A DNA stretch of 57,712 bases, filler included, from Platydemus manokwari (taxonomy: Eukaryota): NCBI GenBank assembly GCA_037951405.1. It is 5 parts of 5 records of this genome, joined end to end, with 100 filler letters (N's around TTAATTAATTAA, not from the genome) between each part and the next. Parts side by side here need not be neighbours in the genome. Positions count along the whole stretch, not along the records: positions 47,380 to 57,712 come from JBBMOY011131107.1; 4 more parts are not named here. The stretch is one strand, 5' to 3'. Below the pieces are notes generated by a model, which saw only the letters and a program-made list of their open reading frames with translations, searched no databases and was not told the origin of the DNA. Positions 53,468 through 57,712 of this stretch are shown piece by piece. The stretch's first letter is position 1. Each line of letters starts with the position of its first letter. Position numbers and translations under genes: made by a program.

Positions 53468-54502
53468 TCAACTGTTTTTGTGGGAATTGAGGGATAGTGA
53501 CGTATTTATTGTATTTCTTCTGAAATTCAATGAATTCCGAAACAGCCAAATTCGCCTGGTATGGCGAAAAGATTTTCGAAATTGGACGTCGTAAGTGAAA
53601 TAAATAATAAAATACAAAGACGAAACAATAGCATCAAAATTATACAACACAATAAATACAAATTGCCAAGAATATTTGGATAGTGTATTCTTAAATCCAA
53701 ACATATGAAATAAACCGTTTGATATCCTCTCAATCGTCACCAAAAAATAAACCAAATTTAATTTCAATAAAATTTTCAAAAATGAGATTTGTTTTTTAAT
53801 GTTCCTATTACGAATTTCAAACTCCTTGATAATTTGATACAAAATCACCATGACTGGTAAAATAACTATCCACGGAATAATGGGCTTCAAAAAATTATCT
53901 GCTATAATAATATATTTCCAAGCGAATGTTTCGGATTTTGAATCGATGTAAATATTTTTTTGATGATCGCATATTTTAATGATAAATATAAATAATGATG
54001 GAAATGTTAGAATACCATCAATTATGAACGATGTAACATATAATGGATAAATATTTTTGCTAAGAATCTTTTGAAGTGGATATCGAACCAATATTACCTG
54101 ATGAACAGTTCCAAATAAGATCCCATAAATGATGCAATTGCCACCCCAATTAGCTATAAATGTTGTGACGTTATTCAGGTAAGATATAACCTTAGCCAAT
54201 TCAATAGGTATTCTTAATTCCATTATTTCAATTGTCAGGACCCATATAAGTATTGGTAACGCTGTTAGATGAATAAAATTACCTGCTGCAATATATAGAA
54301 ATATTTGATAATGATGGGATAAATGTTCCATTTTGTTACACGTTTTAATAATCAGAACATTCAATATCATTCCTGTAAAACAGAATATCATCGTTGTAAT
54401 GACACACACCATGTTGGCAAATTTTATTTTCACATTTTCATAAAATGGATCGGTACAATTGATGATGGAAATTGGTTCGGTTTCGAAATATTTGGATTTC
54501 AT
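53468..54502 (-). CDS. Intronless, divergent rhodopsin-like (class A) 7-TM GPCR, orphan
   Basis: 344 aa with seven hydrophobic segments: TM1 G.ILNVLII, TM2 FLYIAAGNFIHL, TM3 end TVHQVILVRYPL, TM4 LTFPSLF, TM5 PIIPWIVI, and TM7/helix 8 YFIIYFTYDVQFRKSF. Confidence 0.8.
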   Translation of the reverse strand: MKSKYFETEPISIINCTDPFYENVKIKFANMVCVITTMIFCFTGMILNVLIIKTCNKMEHLSHHYQIFLYIAAGNFIHLTALPILIWVLTIEIMELRIPIELAKVISYLNNVTTFIANWGGNCIIYGILFGTVHQVILVRYPLQKILSKNIYPLYVTSFIIDGILTFPSLFIFIIKICDHQKNIYIDSKSETFAWKYIIIADNFLKPIIPWIVILPVMVILYQIIKEFEIRNRNIKKQISFLKILLKLNLVYFLVTIERISNGLFHMFGFKNTLSKYSWQFVFIVLYNFDAIVSSLYFIIYFTYDVQFRKSFRHTRRIWLFRNSLNFRRNTINTSLSLNSHKNS

Positions 54503-56286
54503 TTCATTTATTTTTACTCTTTATAAAATTGATACAAAATTCAATAACCTATTGATTTGATAAATCTATATTGATAAATATATATTATAATAGCTGTACT
54601 AATTTCAATCGCTATTATATAGACGTGTCTACATTAAAACATTATAATCAAAAATTATTATTACTATCTCCATTATTAATTAAAATCATTGTCAGTTGCT
54701 TTATGCATTTATTTAAGTAATTTCGGATGTGGTTCCTATGGTTGTTGATTGTGTCTTCCTAAAGATTGACACTCACAATAAACTCCGTTTAGATGAGTAA
54801 AGAAAAGTTAAATCTTGGCATTAAATAGAAGTTTTTCCTTATTGTTGGTTGTGAAGATTTTTGTGAAAATTTTCAATTTTAGACTGAGTAGAAAATTTTC
54901 TTAAAATTTTATTACACGACTTTATTTCCAAGATTATCTCTTGATAGACATTTCTAATATTAAGGAGTCTAAGTAGTCAGTTATGAAATTACTGTTATTT
55001 TAATTATAATGCCTTTGAAACCTAAACAGAGTTGATTAGTTTAGAATAATAATTTGGGTGTGTAGGCTTAAGAAAATGCTCATTTATCACTTTAAAAAAT
55101 TGTATTTTTCTGCAGAAAATTTTTCGTCGATGATAACTAGATTAATTGACATCCCAAATAACCAATAACTGATGAATAGTCAACTAGAAGAACATATCTG
55201 GAAATCATATCATTAGAAGAAGGGTATTAAAGATTTATATATATTTTTTAGAAGATTCTCACTTAAAATAACAACTTACATAATATCAATGTTGTGTAGT
55301 CCAACCTAACCCATAAAATATGACACACTTTAGGAATAAAATATATTATAGTATAAAATTGTGAATTGAAATTAAATAGAAATAAAAACAAAAAATCTAA
55401 AAATTCCGCCCCATAATACAAAACGCAATGATAAGAATCAATAAACAAAAACACAAAAAGTATTTACAAGAAAAAATAAAATTTAATTTTAAATATTTTC
55501 ACATAAAAATTATTTTAAAAATAAGTTAAACGAAAAATTCGTTTAAACGATCTTAAGGTTATTGGGGAAATAATCAAGGTCAATGAAAATTTTTATTTCA
55601 AAAATCTATTTTTAGTAACTACGTCATCACTGAAAATTTAGCAACTGAAGTACCTGAAAACAGCGGGATGTTGCTAAATTTAGACATGACTTCTCAAGAG
55701 TTACTAAAATTGGTAACGAAAAAAAACGAGAAATAAAATACACATCGATGACGCACGTGACCTACAAAGTCACGTATTAAGTGCGAACAAATTCAATCAT
55801 TTTTCACTTTATTTCAAGTGCTCAAGATACTTACTTATTGAATTAATCATCACAAAGCACTAATTTATTACGAAGCTACGATTAATTCCGGAAGAAGTTA
55901 ATTGAAACATTACGAAACCTTGTTGTCAAGAGAAACAGTGTATCAGAAGGATTTCTAACGAAGAATTAATTTTAAATCAGAAGAATTTTCTTACCAATTA
56001 TATTTCATTTAGAATCCGAAATGATGAGTAAATTTAGTTTTATTATTATGCGCCAAAGCCATTTCGATAGGTGTGGAATTGTTCGAGAATCTCTAAGATT
56101 CTTACTTATTATCTCCCACTTTCTTTTTGTCCTCAGCGGTGGCTCGTCACTTAGTTGGGCACACATGAATCCTTTTACTGAAAGGTCTAGACGTCAACAT
56201 TGGCTATTTAATTATCATCGACGCTTATAAAGTTAAATTTTATTATTTTGATACAATTTATTTGAAATCGATTTCGCTTTACTTAA

Positions 56287-56366
56287 TTTATTATTGATAA
56301 TATTTATTATTGATAATACTTATTATTGATAATATTTATTATTGATAATATTTATTATTGATAATA
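56287..56366. repeat. Minisatellite, 16-bp unit TTTATTATTGATAATA x5
   Basis: Five tandem copies with one T>C variant. Confidence 0.9.
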
Positions 56367-57712
56367 TTTTACAGGAATTTTATAACGTATCCGAAAGAAG
56401 CAGATTCTGTTTGGAAATAAAATCGCAACCTTCATCATAATCATTATAATTACCAGTTCATAGATATCTTATCGTGTTCTTTAAATACCAAAATTTCGTT
56501 TTCATTTGATTTACGATACAAAACCCCAGCAATATATTCAATCAGAACTATGACAAATGCAAGACACATAGACTGAATTAGACACCCACAAAGATCGACT
56601 AATCATAACATTAAAAGTTAGAAATCGAAATAAAGGTTTTAGAAAACATCGATATCGAATGAAAATCAATAACAAATAATTTTACGCAATAACGACAGAA
56701 GTCATGGCGACAATCGAGAAGTTTATACAAAGAGACAATTTTATATTGGTTGGCAGTTTTTTTATTTATTCTGTCCTTTTTAATCGAACTTTTCAGAATC
56801 GTCCAATATTGTAGTCATATTTAATCCAATCATTAATTTAATTTAAAAGCAAAAAATTAACAGAAAATTAAATTTCGAACAATTTTTTGAATACAATTTT
56901 ATTTATTTTTCCTTTTTTTTCTTTTTCTTAATAAAAACTCTAAAGCAAAAATTAACCAAAGAATAAGACGAATTAATTTCAGTCGCAGTACAATTTTAAC
57001 TTGAATTGAATATTTGCTACGAATAATATCTTTCATTGTGCTCACGGGGTGTTGAGTCGATACCGGAAATTAAATGAATGCTTTTTAGAACAAAGACAGG
57101 ATAGTGGAAATGCCGAAAATATGTACGAAAATCATGGAGGTAGCTTTTTTATTTATTTATTTATCGTGTTAAAAATAGAACAAAAAAGTAAAAAAAAAAT
57201 CTTTTACACGTGTTAAAGTTAGTATTTATTTTAGAATATATTAACCATTGGCATGTTACAATCAATTAGACCTTTCTCAAGGAATTTCTGAATTGACAAA
57301 CCTAATGTCCGAGAATGGATTTCCAATTTAATATTCAGTGAGTTTTTTAAAGATTTTTCCTTAAAATGCTACAAAGAAGATCTTAATTTAAAGAAATACA
57401 ATATGCAGTTTAATTGATATTGTCTTTGATGTTCTTCTTAAAATTGCTTCAAAATAATAACATTCTGCTCTTCTTTTTAATTAACTAATTAATTTAATAT
57501 AATCGATGACTTCTTAATTAAGTATGATGTATCGATTTTCGATTATTTTAAGTAATTAAGAATACTAAAATAATAATAAATATTTAGCTAATCATACAAT
57601 TTAAGAAGAAATAAAATCTCCAATTACAAAAATATGATAAAATAAATATAGGAGAAATGATTCAAGTAACAGCTGGTTCAAAATAAATTAATTAAGGAGT
57701 AAAAAATTTGAA

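Noticed and set aside
56287-56366. Regular repeats as a possible CRISPR array
   Set aside because: Head-to-tail 16-mers without spacers in a eukaryotic context: a minisatellite.

Overview
Very AT-rich eukaryotic (metazoan) genomic DNA with short (46-67 nt) GT-AG introns. It is consistent with a flatworm/planarian-type genome, but this is an inference. The window is not one verified contiguous molecule: four identical 100-nt spacers (44 N + TTAATTAATTAA + 44 N) join separate contigs, and there are two further plain N gaps. Host genes supported by the sequence: a CD20/MS4A-like 4-TM protein with PPxY motifs (+); an intronless, divergent proteasome subunit Rpn10/PSMD4 (-); a two-exon LysM + C-terminal TM protein of LYSMD3/4 type (-, not recovered whole by the ORF track); the first three exons of a divergent Slo/BK-type K+ channel (+); a multi-exon gene for an unrecognised low-complexity protein (+); a two-exon Scratch zinc-finger gene (-); and an intronless, atypical rhodopsin-like GPCR (-). 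Between them are three internally deleted DNA transposons with intact ends and target-site duplications (hAT Tip100-like, Tc1/mariner, hAT Buster), several decayed Ty3/Gypsy fragments, the 3' end of an RTE LINE, and small repeats. I found no CRISPR array, rRNA, convincing tRNA or clearly novel multi-gene system. The best leads are the divergent paralogues (Rpn10, Slo, Scratch, GPCR), the orphan multi-exon gene, and a palindrome-containing direct repeat flanking a Gypsy integrase fragment.
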